Positions 29,575-43,550 of a stretch of 64,000 nucleotides of DNA are shown here, piece after piece. Position 1 is the stretch's first letter, and the number at the start of each line of letters is the position of its first letter. This DNA comes from Tubulanus polymorphus (lineage: Eukaryota > Animalia > Nemertea). The position numbers and the translations under genes are program-made. A model generated the notes under the pieces. That model worked only from the letters and a program-made list of their open reading frames with translations. It made no database searches and was not told the origin of the DNA. The DNA lies in contig NW_027437465.1 of NCBI RefSeq assembly GCF_964204645.1, forward strand, positions 1 to 64,000, read 5' to 3'.

Positions 29575-32500
29575 GATGCGCGAAAGCGCTCAAATCGACG
29601 GGAAAAGCACATTTCGACCCGAAAACGTCGTTCAGCGCGAGAAAAGACGTTTTCTCATCAAATTCTCACTTTATCGGAAAAATGAAAATGTCGATGCGCG
29701 AAAGCGCTCAAATCGACGGGAAAAGCACATTTCGCCCCGAAAACGTCGTTCAGCGCGAGAAAAGACCTTTTCTCATCAAATTCTACCCGTATCGGAAAAA
29801 CGAAAATGTCGATGCGCGAAAGCGCTCAAATCGACGGGAAAAGCACTTTTCGACCCGAAAACGTCGTTCAGCGCGAGAAAAGCAGTTTTCTCATCAAATT
29901 CTCCCCGTATCGGAAAAACGAAAATGTCGATGCGCGAAAGCGCTCAAATCGACGGGAAAAGCACATTTCGACCCGAAAACGTCGTTCAGCGCGAGAAAAG
30001 ACTTTTTCTCATCAAATTCTCCCCGTATCGGAAAAACGAAAATTTCGATGCGCGAAAGCGCTCAAATCGACGGGAAAAGCACATTTCGACCCGAAAACGT
30101 CGTTCAGCGCGAGAAAAGCAGTCTTCTCATCAAATTCTCCCAGTATCGGAAAAAATGAAAATGTCGATGCGCCAGAAAAGCGCTCAAATCGACGGGACAA
30201 GCACATTTCGACCCGTAAAACGTCGTTCAGCGCGAGAAAAAAATTTTTCTCATCAAATTCTCCCCGTATTGGAAAAACGAAAATGTCGATGCGCGAAAGC
30301 GCTCAAATCGACGGGAAAAGCACATTTCGACCCGAAAACGTCGTTCAGTGCGAGAAAAGACGTTTTCTCATCAAATTCTCACTTTATCGGAAAAATGAAA
30401 ATGTCGATGCGCGAAAGCGCTCAAATCGACGGGAAAAGCACATTTCGCCCCGAAAACGTCGTTCAGCGCGAGAAAAGACCTTTTCTCATCAAATTCTCCC
30501 CGTATCGGAAAAACGAAAATGTCGATGCGCGAAAGCGCTCAAATCGACGGGAAAGGCACTTTTCGACCCGAAAACGTCGTTCAGCGCGAGAAAAGCAGTT
30601 TTCTCATCAAATTCTCCCCGTATCGGAAAAACGAAAATGTCGATGCGCGAAAGCGCTCAAATCGACGGGAAAAGCACATTTCGACCCGAAAACGTTGTTC
30701 AGCGCGAGAAAAGCAGTCTTCTCATCAAATTCTCCCAGTATCGGAAAAATGAAAATGTCGATGCGCCAGAAAAGCGCTCAAATCGACAGCAAAAGCACAT
30801 TTCGACCCGTAAAACGTCGTTCAGCGCGAGAAAAAAATTTTTCTCATCAAATTCTCCCCGTATTGGAAAAACGAAAATGTCGATGCGCGAAAGCGCTCAA
30901 ATCGACGGGAAAAGCACATTTCGACCCGAAAACGTCGTTCAGCGCGAGAAAAGACGTTTTCTCATCAAATTCTCACTTTATCGGAAAAATGAAAATGTCG
31001 ATGCGCGAAAGCGCTCAAATCGACGGGAAAAGCACATTTCGCCCCGAAAACGTCGTTCAGCGCGAGAAAAGACGTTTTCTCATCAAATTCTCACCATATC
31101 GGAAAAATGAAAATGTCGATGCGCCAAAAAAGCGCTCAAATCGACGGGAAAAGCACTTTTCGACCCGAAAACGTCGTTCAGCGCGAGAAAAGCAGTTTTC
31201 TCATCAAATTCTCCCCGTATCGGAAAAACGAAAATGTCGATGCGCGAAAGCGCTCAAATCGACGGGAAAAGCACATTTCGACCCGAAAACGTCGTTCAGC
31301 GCGAGAAAAGACTTTTTCTCATCAAATTCTCCCCGTATCGGAAAAACGAAAATGTCGATGCGCGAAAGCGCTCAAATCGACGGGAAAAGCACATTTCGAC
31401 CCGAAAACGTCGTTCAGCGCGAGAAAAGCTGTCTTCTCATCAAATTCTCCCAGTATCGGAAAAATGAAAATGTCGATGCGCCAGAAAAGCGCTCAAATCG
31501 ACGGGAAAAGCACATTTCGACCCGTAAAACGTCGTTCAGCGCGAGAAAAAAATTTTTCTCATCAAATTCTCCCCGTATTGGAAAAACGAAAATGTCGATG
31601 CGCGAAAGCGCTCAAATCGACGGGAAAAGCACATTTCGACCCGAAAACGTCGTTCAGCGCGAGAAAAGCAGTTTTCTCATCAAATTCTCCCCGTATCGGA
31701 AAAACGAAAATGTCGATGCGCGAAAGCGCTCAAATCGACGGGAAAAGCACATTTCGACCCGAAAACGTCGTTCAGCGCGAGAAAAGACGTTTTCTCATCA
31801 AATTCTCACTTTATCGGAAAAATGAAAATGTCGATGCGCGAAAGCGCTCAAATCGACGGGAAAAGCACATTTCGCCCCGAAAACGTCGTTCAGCGCGAGA
31901 AAAGACCTTTTCTCATCAAATTCTACCCGTATCGGAAAAACGAAAATGTCGATGCGCGAAAGCGCTCAAATCGACGGGAAAAGCACTTTTCGACCCGAAA
32001 ACGTCGTTCAGCGCGAGAAAAGCAGTTTTCTCATCAAATTCTCCCCGTATCGGAAAAACGAAAATGTCGATGCGCGAAAGCGCTCAAATCGACGGGAAAA
32101 GCACATTTCGACCCGAAAACGTCGTTCAGCGCGAGAAAAGACTTTTTCTCATCAAATTCTCCCCGTATCGGAAAAACGAAAATTTCGATGCGCGAAAGCG
32201 CTCAAATCGACGGGAAAAGCACATTTCGACCCGAAAACGTCGTTCAGCGCGAGAAAAGCAGTCTTCTCATCAAATTCTCCCAGTATCGGAAAAAATGAAA
32301 ATGTCGATGCGCCAGAAAAGCGCTCAAATCGACGGGACAAGCACATTTCGACCCGTAAAACGTCGTTCAGCGCGAGAAAAAAATTTTTCTCATCAAATTC
32401 TCCCCGTATTGGAAAAACGAAAATGTCGATGCGCGAAAGCGCTCAAATCGACGGGAAAAGCACATTTCGACCCGAAAACGTCGTTCAGTGCGAGAAAAGA

Positions 32501-33900
32501 CGTTTTCTCATCAAATTCTCACTTTATCGGAAAAATGAAAATGTCGATGCGCGAAAGCGCTCAAATCGACGGGAAAAGCACATTTCGCCCCGAAAACGTC
32601 GTTCAGCGCGAGAAAAGACCTTTTCTCATCAAATTCTCCCCGTATCGGAAAAACGAAAATGTCGATGCGCGAAAGCGCTCAAATCGACGGGAAAGGCACT
32701 TTTCGACCCGAAAACGTCGTTCAGCGCGAGAAAAGCAGTTTTCTCATCAAATTCTCCCCGTATCGGAAAAACGAAAATGTCGATGCGCGAAAGCGCTCAA
32801 ATCGACGGGAAAAGCACATTTCGACCCGAAAACGTTGTTCAGCGCGAGAAAAGCAGTCTTCTCATCAAATTCTCCCAGTATCGGAAAAATGAAAATGTCG
32901 ATGCGCCAGAAAAGCGCTCAAATCGACAGCAAAAGCACATTTCGACCCGTAAAACGTCGTTCAGCGCGAGAAAAAAATTTTTCTCATCAAATTCTCCCCG
33001 TATTGGAAAAACGAAAATGTCGATGCGCGAAAGCGCTCAAATCGACGGGAAAAGCACATTTCGACCCGAAAACGTCGTTCAGCGCGAGAAAAGACGTTTT
33101 CTCATCAAATTCTCACTTTATCGGAAAAATGAAAATGTCGATGCGCGAAAGCGCTCAAATCGACGGGAAAAGCACATTTCGCCCCGAAAACGTCGTTCAG
33201 CGCGAGAAAAGACGTTTTCTCATCAAATTCTCACCATATCGGAAAAATGAAAATGTCGATGCGCCAAAAAAGCGCTCAAATCGACGGGAAAAGCACTTTT
33301 CGACCCGAAAACGTCGTTCAGCGCGAGAAAAGCAGTTTTCTCATCAAATTCTCCCCGTATCGGAAAAACGAAAATGTCGATGCGCGAAAGCGCTCAAATC
33401 GACGGGAAAAGCACATTTCGACCCGAAAACGTCGTTCAGCGCGAGAAAAGACTTTTTCTCATCAAATTCTCCCCGTATCGGAAAAACGAAAATGTCGATG
33501 CGCGAAAGCGCTCAAATCGACGGGAAAAGCACATTTCGACCCGAAAACGTCGTTCAGCGCGAGAAAAGCTGTCTTCTCATCAAATTCTCCCAGTATCGGA
33601 AAAATGAAAATGTCGATGCGCCAGAAAAGCGCTCAAATCGACGGGAAAAGCACATTTCGACCCGTAAAACGTCGTTCAGCGCGAGAAAAAAATTTTTCTC
33701 ATCAAATTCTCCCCGTATTGGAAAAACGAAAATGTCGATGCGCGAAAGCGCTCAAATCGACGGGAAAAGCACATTTCGACCCGAAAACGTCGTTCAGCGC
33801 GAGAAAAGCAGTTTTCTCATCAAATTCTCCCCGTATCGGAAAAACGAAAATGTCGATGCGCGAAAGCGCTCAAATCGACGGGAAAAGCACATTTCGACCC
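29575..33900 (+). repeat. 2140-bp (18-monomer) tandem duplication inside the array
   Basis: Identical ORFs at 29806/31946, 30012/32152, 30519/32659 and 31234/33374. Private variants GGGACAAG, CAGTGCG, GAAAGGCAC, AACGTTGTT and AAAGCTGTC recur at +2140. Confidence 0.85.
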
Positions 33901-36900
33901 GAAAACGTCGTTCAGCGCGAGAAAAGCAGTCTTCTCATCAAATTCTCCCAGTATCGGAAAAATGAAAATGTCGATGCGCCAGAAAAGCGCTCAAATCGAC
34001 AGCAAAAGCACATTTCGACCCGTAAAACGTCGTTCAGCGCGAGAAAAAAATTTTTCTCATCAAATTCTCCCCGTATTGGAAAAACGAAAATGTCGATGCG
34101 CGAAAGCGCTCAAATCGACGGGAAAAGCACATTTCGACCCGAAAACGTCGTTCAGCGCGAGAAAAGACGTTTTCTCATCAAATTCTCACTTTATCGGAAA
34201 AATGAAAATGTCGATGCGCGAAAGCGCTCAAATCGACGGGAAAAGCACATTTCGCCCCGAAAACGTCGTTCAGCGCGAGAAAAGACCTTTTCTCATCAAA
34301 TTCTCCCCGTATCGGAAAAACGAAAATGTCGATGCGCGAAAGCGCTCAAATCGACGGGAAAAGCACTTTTCGACCCGAAAACGTCGTTCAGCGCGAGAAA
34401 AGCAGTTTTCTCATCAAATTCTCCCCGTATCGGAAAAACGAAAATGTCGATGCGCGAAAGCGCTCAAATCGACGGGAAAAGCACATTTCGACCCGAAAAC
34501 GTCGTTCAGCGCGAGAAAAGACTTTTTCTCATCAAATTCTCCCCGTATCGGAAAAACGAAAATGTCGATGCGCGAAAGCGCTCAAATCGACGGGAAAAGC
34601 ACATTTCGACCCGAAAACGTCGTTCAGCGCGAGAAAAGCAGTCTTCTCATCAAATTCTCTTAGTATCGGAAAAATGAAAATGTCGATGCGCCAGAAAAGC
34701 GCTCAAATCGACGGGAAAAGCACATTTCGACCCGTAAAACGTCGTTCAGCGCGAGAAAAAAAATTTTCTCATCAAATTCTCCCCGTATCGGAAAAACGAA
34801 AATGTCGATGCGCGAAAGCGCTCAAATCGACGGGAAAAGCACATTTCGACCCGAAAACGTCGTTCAGCGCGAGTTAAGCAGTTTTCTCATCAAATTCTCC
34901 CCGTATCGGAAAAATGAAAATGTAGACGCGCCAAAAAAGCGCCCAAATCGACGGGAAAAGCACATTTCGACCCGAAAACGTCGTTCAGCGCGAGAAAAGA
35001 CGTTTTCTCATCAAATTCTCCCAGTATCGGAAAAATGAAAATGTCTTTGCGCCAGAAAAGCGCTCAAATCGACGGGAAAAGCACATTTCGACCCGAAAAC
35101 GTCGTTCAGCGCGAGAAAAGACGTTTGCTCATCAAATTCTCCCCGTATCCGAAAAATGAAAATGTCGATGCGCGAAAGCGCTCAAATCGACGGGAGAAGC
35201 ACATTTCGACCCGAAAACGTCGTTCAGCGCGAGAAAAGACGTTTTCTCATCAAATTCTCACCATATCGGAAAAATGAAAATGTCGATGCGCCAAAAAAGC
35301 GCTCAAATCGACGGGAAAAGCACTTTTCGACCCGAAAACGTCGTTCAGCGCGAGAAAAGCAGTTTTCTCATCAAATTCTCCCCGTATCGGAAAAACGAAA
35401 ATGTCGATGCGCGAAAGCGCTCAAATCGACGGGAAAAGCACATTTCGACCCGAAAACGTCGTTCAGCGCGAGAAAAGACTTTTTCTCATCAAATTCTCCC
35501 CGTATCGGAAAAACGAAAATGTCGATGCGCGAAAGCGCTCAAATCGACGGGAAAAGCACATTTCGACCCGAAAACGTCGTTCAGCGCGAGAAAAGCAATC
35601 TTCTCATCAAATTCTCCCAGTATCGGAAAAATGAAAATGTCGATGCGCCAGAAAAGCGCTCAAATCGACGGGAAAAGCACATTTCGACCCGTAAAACGTC
35701 GTTCAGCGCGAGAAAAAAAATTTTCTCATCAAATTCTCCCCGTATCGGAAAAACGAAAATGTCGATGCGCGAAAGCGCTCAAATCGACGGGAAAAGCACA
35801 TTTCGACCCGAAAACGTCGTTCAGCGCGAGAAAAGACTTTTTCTCATCAAATTCTCCCCGTATCGGAAAAACGAAAATGTCGATGCGCGAAAGCGCTCAA
35901 ATCGACGGGAAAAGCACATTTCGACCCGAAAACGTCGTTCAGCGCGAGAAAAGCAGTCTTCTCATCAAATTCTCCCAGTATCGGAAAAATGAAAATGTCG
36001 ATGCGCCAGAAAAGCGCTCAAATCGACAGCAAAAGCACATTTCGACCCGTAAAACGTCGTTCAGCGCGAGAAAAGACGTTTTCTCATCAAATTCTCACCA
36101 TATCGGAAAAATGAAAATGTCGATGCGCCGAAAAGCGCTCAAATCGACGGGAAAAGCACTTTTCGACCCGAAAACGTCGTTCAGCGCGAGAAAAGCAGTC
36201 TTCTCATCAAATTCTCACAGTATCGGAAAAATGAAAATGTCGATGCGCCAGAAAAGCGCTCAAATCGACAGCAAAAGCACATTTCGACCCGTAAAACGTC
36301 GTTCAGCGCGAGAAAAAAATTTTTCTCATCAAATTCTCACCGTATCCGAAAAATGAAAATGTCGATGCGCGAAAGCGCTCAAATCGACGGGAGAAGCACA
36401 TTCGACCCGAAAACGTCGTTCAGCGCGAGAAAAGACGTTTTCTCATCAAATTCTCACCATATCGGAAAAATGAAAATGTCGATGCGCCAAAAAAGCGCTC
36501 AAATCGACGGGAAAAGCACTTTTCGACCCGAAAACGTCGTTCAGCGCGAGAAAAGCAGTTTTCTCATCAAATTCTCCCGTATCGGAAAAACGAAAATGTC
36601 GATGCGCGAAAGCGCTCAAATCGACGGGAAAAGCACATTTCGACCCGAAAACGTCGTTCAGCGCGAGAAAAGACTTTTTCTCATCAAATTCTCCCCGTAT
36701 CGGAAAAACGAAAATGTCGATGCGCGAAAGCGCTCAAATCGACGGGAAAAGCACATTTCGACCCGAAAACGTCGTTCAGCGCGAGAAAAGCAGTCTTCTC
36801 ATCAAATTCTCCCAGTATCGGAAAAATGAAAATGTCGATGCGCCAGAAAAGCGCTCAAATCGACGGGAAAAGCACATTTCGACCCGTTAAAACGTCGTTC

Positions 36901-39900
36901 AGCGCGAGAAAAAAATTTTTCTCATCAAATTCTCCCCGTATTGGAAAAACGAAAATGTCGATGCGCGAAAGCGCTCAAATCGACGGGAAAAGCACATTTC
37001 GACCCGAAAACGTCGTTCAGCGCGAGAAAAGACGTTTTCTCATCAAATTCTCACTTTATCGGAAAAATGAAAATGTCGATGCGCGAAAGCGCTCAAATCG
37101 ACGGGAAAAGCACATTTCGCCCCGAAAACGTCGTTCAGCGCGAGAAAAGACCTTTTCTCATCAAATTCTACCCGTATCGGAAAAACGAAAATGTCGATGC
37201 GCGAAAGCGCTCAAATCGACGGGAAAAGCACTTTTCGACCCGAAAACGTCGTTCAGCGCGAGAAAAGCAGTTTTCTCATCAAATTCTCCCCGTATCGGAA
37301 AAACGAAAATGTCGATGCGCGAAAGCGCTCAAATCGACGGGAAAAGCACATTTCGACCCGAAAACGTCGTTCAGCGCGAGAAAAGACTTTTTCTCATCAA
37401 ATTCTCCCCGTATCGGAAAAACGAAAATTTCGATGCGCGAAAGCGCTCAAATCGACGGGAAAAGCACATTTCGACCCGAAAACGTCGTTCAGCGCGAGAA
37501 AAGCAGTCTTCTCATCAAATTCTCCCAGTATCGGAAAAAATGAAAATGTCGATGCGCCAGAAAAGCGCTCAAATCGACGGGACAAGCACATTTCGACCCG
37601 TAAAACGTCGTTCAGCGCGAGAAAAAAATTTTTCTCATCAAATTCTCCCCGTATTGGAAAAACGAAAATGTCGATGCGCGAAAGCGCTCAAATCGACGGG
37701 AAAAGCACATTTCGACCCGAAAACGTCGTTCAGTGCGAGAAAAGACGTTTTCTCATCAAATTCTCACTTTATCGGAAAAATGAAAATGTCGATGCGCGAA
37801 AGCGCTCAAATCGACGGGAAAAGCACATTTCGCCCCGAAAACGTCGTTCAGCGCGAGAAAAGACCTTTTCTCATCAAATTCTCCCCGTATCGGAAAAACG
37901 AAAATGTCGATGCGCGAAAGCGCTCAAATCGACGGGAAAGGCACTTTTCGACCCGAAAACGTCGTTCAGCGCGAGAAAAGCAGTTTTCTCATCAAATTCT
38001 CCCCGTATCGGAAAAACGAAAATGTCGATGCGCGAAAGCGCTCAAATCGACGGGAAAAGCACATTTCGACCCGAAAACGTTGTTCAGCGCGAGAAAAGCA
38101 GTCTTCTCATCAAATTCTCCCAGTATCGGAAAAATGAAAATGTCGATGCGCCAGAAAAGCGCTCAAATCGACAGCAAAAGCACATTTCGACCCGTAAAAC
38201 GTCGTTCAGCGCGAGAAAAAAATTTTTCTCATCAAATTCTCCCCGTATTGGAAAAACGAAAATGTCGATGCGCGAAAGCGCTCAAATCGACGGGAAAAGC
38301 ACATTTCGACCCGAAAACGTCGTTCAGCGCGAGAAAAGACGTTTTCTCATCAAATTCTCACTTTATCGGAAAAATGAAAATGTCGATGCGCGAAAGCGCT
38401 CAAATCGACGGGAAAAGCACATTTCGCCCCGAAAACGTCGTTCAGCGCGAGAAAAGACGTTTTCTCATCAAATTCTCACCATATCGGAAAAATGAAAATG
38501 TCGATGCGCCAAAAAAGCGCTCAAATCGACGGGAAAAGCACTTTTCGACCCGAAAACGTCGTTCAGCGCGAGAAAAGCAGTTTTCTCATCAAATTCTCCC
38601 CGTATCGGAAAAACGAAAATGTCGATGCGCGAAAGCGCTCAAATCGACGGGAAAAGCACATTTCGACCCGAAAACGTCGTTCAGCGCGAGAAAAGACTTT
38701 TTCTCATCAAATTCTCCCCGTATCGGAAAAACGAAAATGTCGATGCGCGAAAGCGCTCAAATCGACGGGAAAAGCACATTTCGACCCGAAAACGTCGTTC
38801 AGCGCGAGAAAAGCTGTCTTCTCATCAAATTCTCCCAGTATCGGAAAAATGAAAATGTCGATGCGCCAGAAAAGCGCTCAAATCGACGGGAAAAGCACAT
38901 TTCGACCCGTAAAACGTCGTTCAGCGCGAGAAAAAAATTTTTCTCATCAAATTCTCCCCGTATTGGAAAAACGAAAATGTCGATGCGCGAAAGCGCTCAA
39001 ATCGACGGGAAAAGCACATTTCGACCCGAAAACGTCGTTCAGCGCGAGAAAAGCAGTTTTCTCATCAAATTCTCCCCGTATCGGAAAAACGAAAATGTCG
39101 ATGCGCGAAAGCGCTCAAATCGACGGGAAAAGCACATTTCGACCCGAAAACGTCGTTCAGCGCGAGAAAAGCAGTCTTCTCATCAAATTCTCCCAGTATC
39201 GGAAAAATGAAAATGTCGATGCGCCAGAAAAGCGCTCAAATCGACAGCAAAAGCACATTTCGACCCGTAAAACGTCGTTCAGCGCGAGAAAAAAATTTTT
39301 CTCATCAAATTCTCCCCGTATTGGAAAAACGAAAATGTCGATGCGCGAAAGCGCTCAAATCGACGGGAAAAGCACATTTCGACCCGAAAACGTCGTTCAG
39401 CGCGAGAAAAGACGTTTTCTCATCAAATTCTCACTTTATCGGAAAAATGAAAATGTCGATGCGCGAAAGCGCTCAAATCGACGGGAAAAGCACATTTCGC
39501 CCCGAAAACGTCGTTCAGCGCGAGAAAAGACCTTTTCTCATCAAATTCTCCCCGTATCGGAAAAACGAAAATGTCGATGCGCGAAAGCGCTCAAATCGAC
39601 GGGAAAAGCACTTTTCGACCCGAAAACGTCGTTCAGCGCGAGAAAAGCAGTTTTCTCATCAAATTCTCCCCGTATCGGAAAAACGAAAATGTCGATGCGC
39701 GAAAGCGCTCAAATCGACGGGAAAAGCACATTTCGACCCGAAAACGTCGTTCAGCGCGAGAAAAGACTTTTTCTCATCAAATTCTCCCCGTATCGGAAAA
39801 ACGAAAATGTCGATGCGCGAAAGCGCTCAAATCGACGGGAAAAGCACATTTCGACCCGAAAACGTCGTTCAGCGCGAGAAAAGCAGTCTTCTCATCAAAT

Positions 39901-41075
39901 TCTCTTAGTATCGGAAAAATGAAAATGTCGATGCGCCAGAAAAGCGCTCAAATCGACGGGAAAAGCACATTTCGACCCGTAAAACGTCGTTCAGCGCGAG
40001 AAAAAAAATTTTCTCATCAAATTCTCCCCGTATCGGAAAAACGAAAATGTCGATGCGCGAAAGCGCTCAAATCGACGGGAAAAGCACATTTCGACCCGAA
40101 AACGTCGTTCAGCGCGAGTTAAGCAGTTTTCTCATCAAATTCTCCCCGTATCGGAAAAATGAAAATGTAGATGCGCCAAAAAAGCGCCCAAATCGACGGG
40201 AAAAGCACATTTCGACCCGAAAACGTCGTTCAGCGCGAGAAAAGACGTTTTCTCATCAAATTCTCCCAGTATCGGAAAAATGAAAATGTCTTTGCGCCAG
40301 AAAAGCGCTCAAATCGACGGGAAAAGCACATTTCGACCCGAAAACGTCGTTCAGCGCGAGAAAAGACGTTTGCTCATCAAATTCTCCCCGTATCCGAAAA
40401 ATGAAAATGTCGATGCGCGAAAGCGCTCAAATCGACGGGAGAAGCACATTTCGACCCGAAAACGTCGTTCAGCGCGAGAAAAGACGTTTTCTCATCAAAT
40501 TCTCACCATATCGGAAAAATGAAAATGTCGATGCGCCAAAAAAGCGCTCAAATCGACGGGAAAAGCACTTTTCGACCCGAAAACGTCGTTCAGCGCGAGA
40601 AAAGCAGTTTTCTCATCAAATTCTCCCCGTATCGGAAAAACGAAAATGTCGATGCGCGAAAGCGCTCAAATCGACGGGAAAAGCACATTTCGACCCGAAA
40701 ACGTCGTTCAGCGCGAGAAAAGACTTTTTCTCATCAAATTCTCCCCGTATCGGAAAAACGAAAATGTCGATGCGCGAAAGCGCTCAAATCGACGGGAAAA
40801 GCACATTTCGACCCGAAAACGTCGTTCAGCGCGAGAAAAGCAATCTTCTCATCAAATTCTCCCAGTATCGGAAAAATGAAAATGTCGATGCGCCAGAAAA
40901 GCGCTCAAATCGACGGGAAAAGCACATTTCGACCCGTAAAACGTCGTTCAGCGCGAGAAAAAAAATTTTCTCATCAAATTCTCCCCGTATCGGAAAAACG
41001 AAAATGTCGATGCGCGAAAGCGCTCAAATCGACGGGAAAAGCACATTTCGACCCGAAAACGTCGTTCAGCGCGAG
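31715..41075 (+). repeat. ~4.1-kb block duplicated at a 5245-bp offset (31715-35830 and 36960-41075)
   Basis: ORF pairs 31946/37191, 33247/38492, 33962/39207, 34326/39571, 34802/40047, 35035/40280, 35401/40646. Shared rare variants TCTCTTAGT, GAGTTAAG, ATGTAGA and GCAATC. Confidence 0.85.
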
Positions 41076-43550
41076 TTAAGCAGTTTTCTCATCAAATTCT
41101 CCCCGTATCGGAAAAATGAAAATGTCGATGCGCCAAAAAAGCGCCCAAATCGACGGGAAAAGCACATTTCGACCCGAAAACGTCGTTCAGCGCGAGAAAA
41201 GACGTTTTCTCATCAAATTCTCCCAGTATCGGAAAAATGAAAATGTCTTTGCGCCAGAAAAGCGCTCAAATCGACGGGAAAAGCACATTTCGACCCGAAA
41301 ACGTCGTTCAGCGCGAGAAAAGACGTTTGCTCATCAAATTCTCCCCGTATCGGAAAAACGAAAATGTCGATGCGCGAAAGCGCTCAAATCGACGGGAAAA
41401 GCACATTTCGACCCGAAAACGTCGTTCAGCGCGAGAAAAGACTTTTTCTCATCAAATTCTCCCCGTATCGGAAAAACGAAAATGTCGATGCGCGAAAGCG
41501 CTCAAATCGACGGGAAAAGCACATTTCGACCCGAAAACGTCGTTCAGCGCGAGAAAAGCAGTCTTCTCATCAAATTCTCCCAGTATCGGAAAAATGAAAA
41601 TGTCGATGCGCCAGAAAAGCGCTCAAATCGACAGCAAAAGCACATTTCGACCCGTAAAACGTCGTTCAGCGCGAGAAAAAAATTTTTCTCATCAAATTCT
41701 CCCCGTATCCGAAAAATGAAAATGTCGATGCGCGAAAGCGCTCAAATCGACGGGAGAAGCACATTTCGACCCGAAAACGTCGTTCAGCGCGAGAAAAGAC
41801 GTTTTCTCATCAAATTCTCACCATATCGGAAAAATGAAAATGTCGATGCGCCAAAAAAGCGCTCAAATCGACGGGAAAAGCACTTTTCGACCCGAAAACG
41901 TCGTTCAGCGCGAGAAAAGCAGTCTTCTCATCAAATTCTCCCAGTATCGGAAAAATGAAAATGTCGATGCGCCAGAAAAGCGCTCAAATCGACAGCAAAA
42001 GCACATTTCGACCCGTAAAACGTCGTTCAGCGCGAGAAAAAAATTTTTCTCATCAAATTCTCCCCGTATTGGAAAAACGAAAATGTCGATGCGCGAAAGC
42101 GCTCAAATCGACGGGAAAAGCACATTTCGACCCGAAAACGTCGTTCAGCGCGAGAAAAGACGTTTTCTCATCAAATTCTCACTTTATCGGAAAAATAAAA
42201 ATGTCGATGCGCGAAAGCGCTCAAATCGACGGGAAAAGCACATTTCGCCCCGAAAACGTCATTCAGCGCGAGAAAAGACCTTTTCTCATCAAATTCTCCC
42301 CGTATCGGAAAAACGAAAATGTCGATGCGCGAAAGCGCTCAAATCGACGGGAAAAGCACATTTCGACCCGAAAACGTCGTTCAGCGCGAGAAAAGACGTT
42401 TTCTCATCAAATTCTCACCATATCGGAAAAATGAAAATGTCGATGCGCCAAAAAAGCGCTCAAATCGACGGGAAAAGCACTTTTCGACCCGAAAACGTCG
42501 TTCAGCGCGAGAAAAGCAGTTTTCTCATCAAATTCTCCCCGTATCGGAAAAACGAAAATGTCGATGCGTGAAAGCGCTCAAATCGACGGGAAAAGCACAT
42601 TTCGACCCGAAAACGTCGTTCAGCGCGAGAAAAGACTTTTTCTCAACAAATTCTCCCCGTATCGGAAAAACGAAAATGTCGATGCGCGAAAGCGCTCAAA
42701 TCGACGGGAAAAGCACATTTCGACCCGAAAACGTCGCTCAGCGCGAGAAAAGCAGTCTTCTCATCAAATTCTCCCAGTATCGGAAAAATGAAAATGTCGA
42801 TGCGCCAGAAAAGCGCTCAAATCGACGGGAAAAGCACATTTCGACCCGTAAAACGTCGTTCAGCGCGAGAAAAAAATTTTTCTCATCAAATTCTCCCCGT
42901 ATTGGAAAAACGAAAATGTCGATGCGCGAAAGCGCTCAAATCGACGGGAAAAGCACTTTTCGACCCGAAAACGTCGTTCAGCGCGAGAAAAGACGTTTTC
43001 TCATCAAATTCTCACTTTATCGGAAAAATGAAAATGTCGATGCGCGAAAGCGCTCAAATCGACGGGAAAAGCACATTTCGCCCCGAAAACGTCGTTCAGC
43101 GCGAGAAAAGACGTTTTCTCATCAAATTCTCCCCGTATCGGAAAAACGAAAATGTCGATGCGCGAAAGCGCTCAAATCGACGGGAAAAGCACATTTCGAC
43201 CCGAAAACGTCGTTCAGCGCGAGAAAAGTCGTTTGCTCATCAAATTCTCCCCGTATCGGAAAAACGAAAATGTCGATGCGCGAAAGCGCTCAAATCGACG
43301 GGAAAAGCACATTTCGACCCGAAAACGTCGTTCAGCGCGAGAAAAGCAGTCTTCTCATCAAATTCTCCCAGTATCGGAAAAATGAAAATGTCGATGCGCC
43401 AGAAAAGCGCTCAAATCGACGGGAAAAGCACATTTCGACCCGAAAACGTCGTTCAGCGCGAGAAAATTCGTTTGCTCATCAAATTCTCCCCGTATCGGAA
43501 AAACGAAAATGTCGATGCGCGAAAGCGCTCAAATCGACGGGAAAAGCACA

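Larger units (their letters stand above)
10981..43550 (+). repeat. Satellite domain B: GCGCGAAAG-type monomers in 5-mer (594 bp) / 6-mer (~712 bp) higher-order repeats
   Basis: Recurring ordered monomer types: GCAG-TCTT/CCCAGT; GCGCCAG..CCCGTAAAA..AAAT..GTATTGG; GACG..TCACTTTAT; TTTCGCCCC..GACC; CACTTTT..GCAG; optional GACT. ORF-track offsets 594 (13617/14211, 27182/27776) and 834 (19564/20398). Boundaries approximate. Confidence 0.8.
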
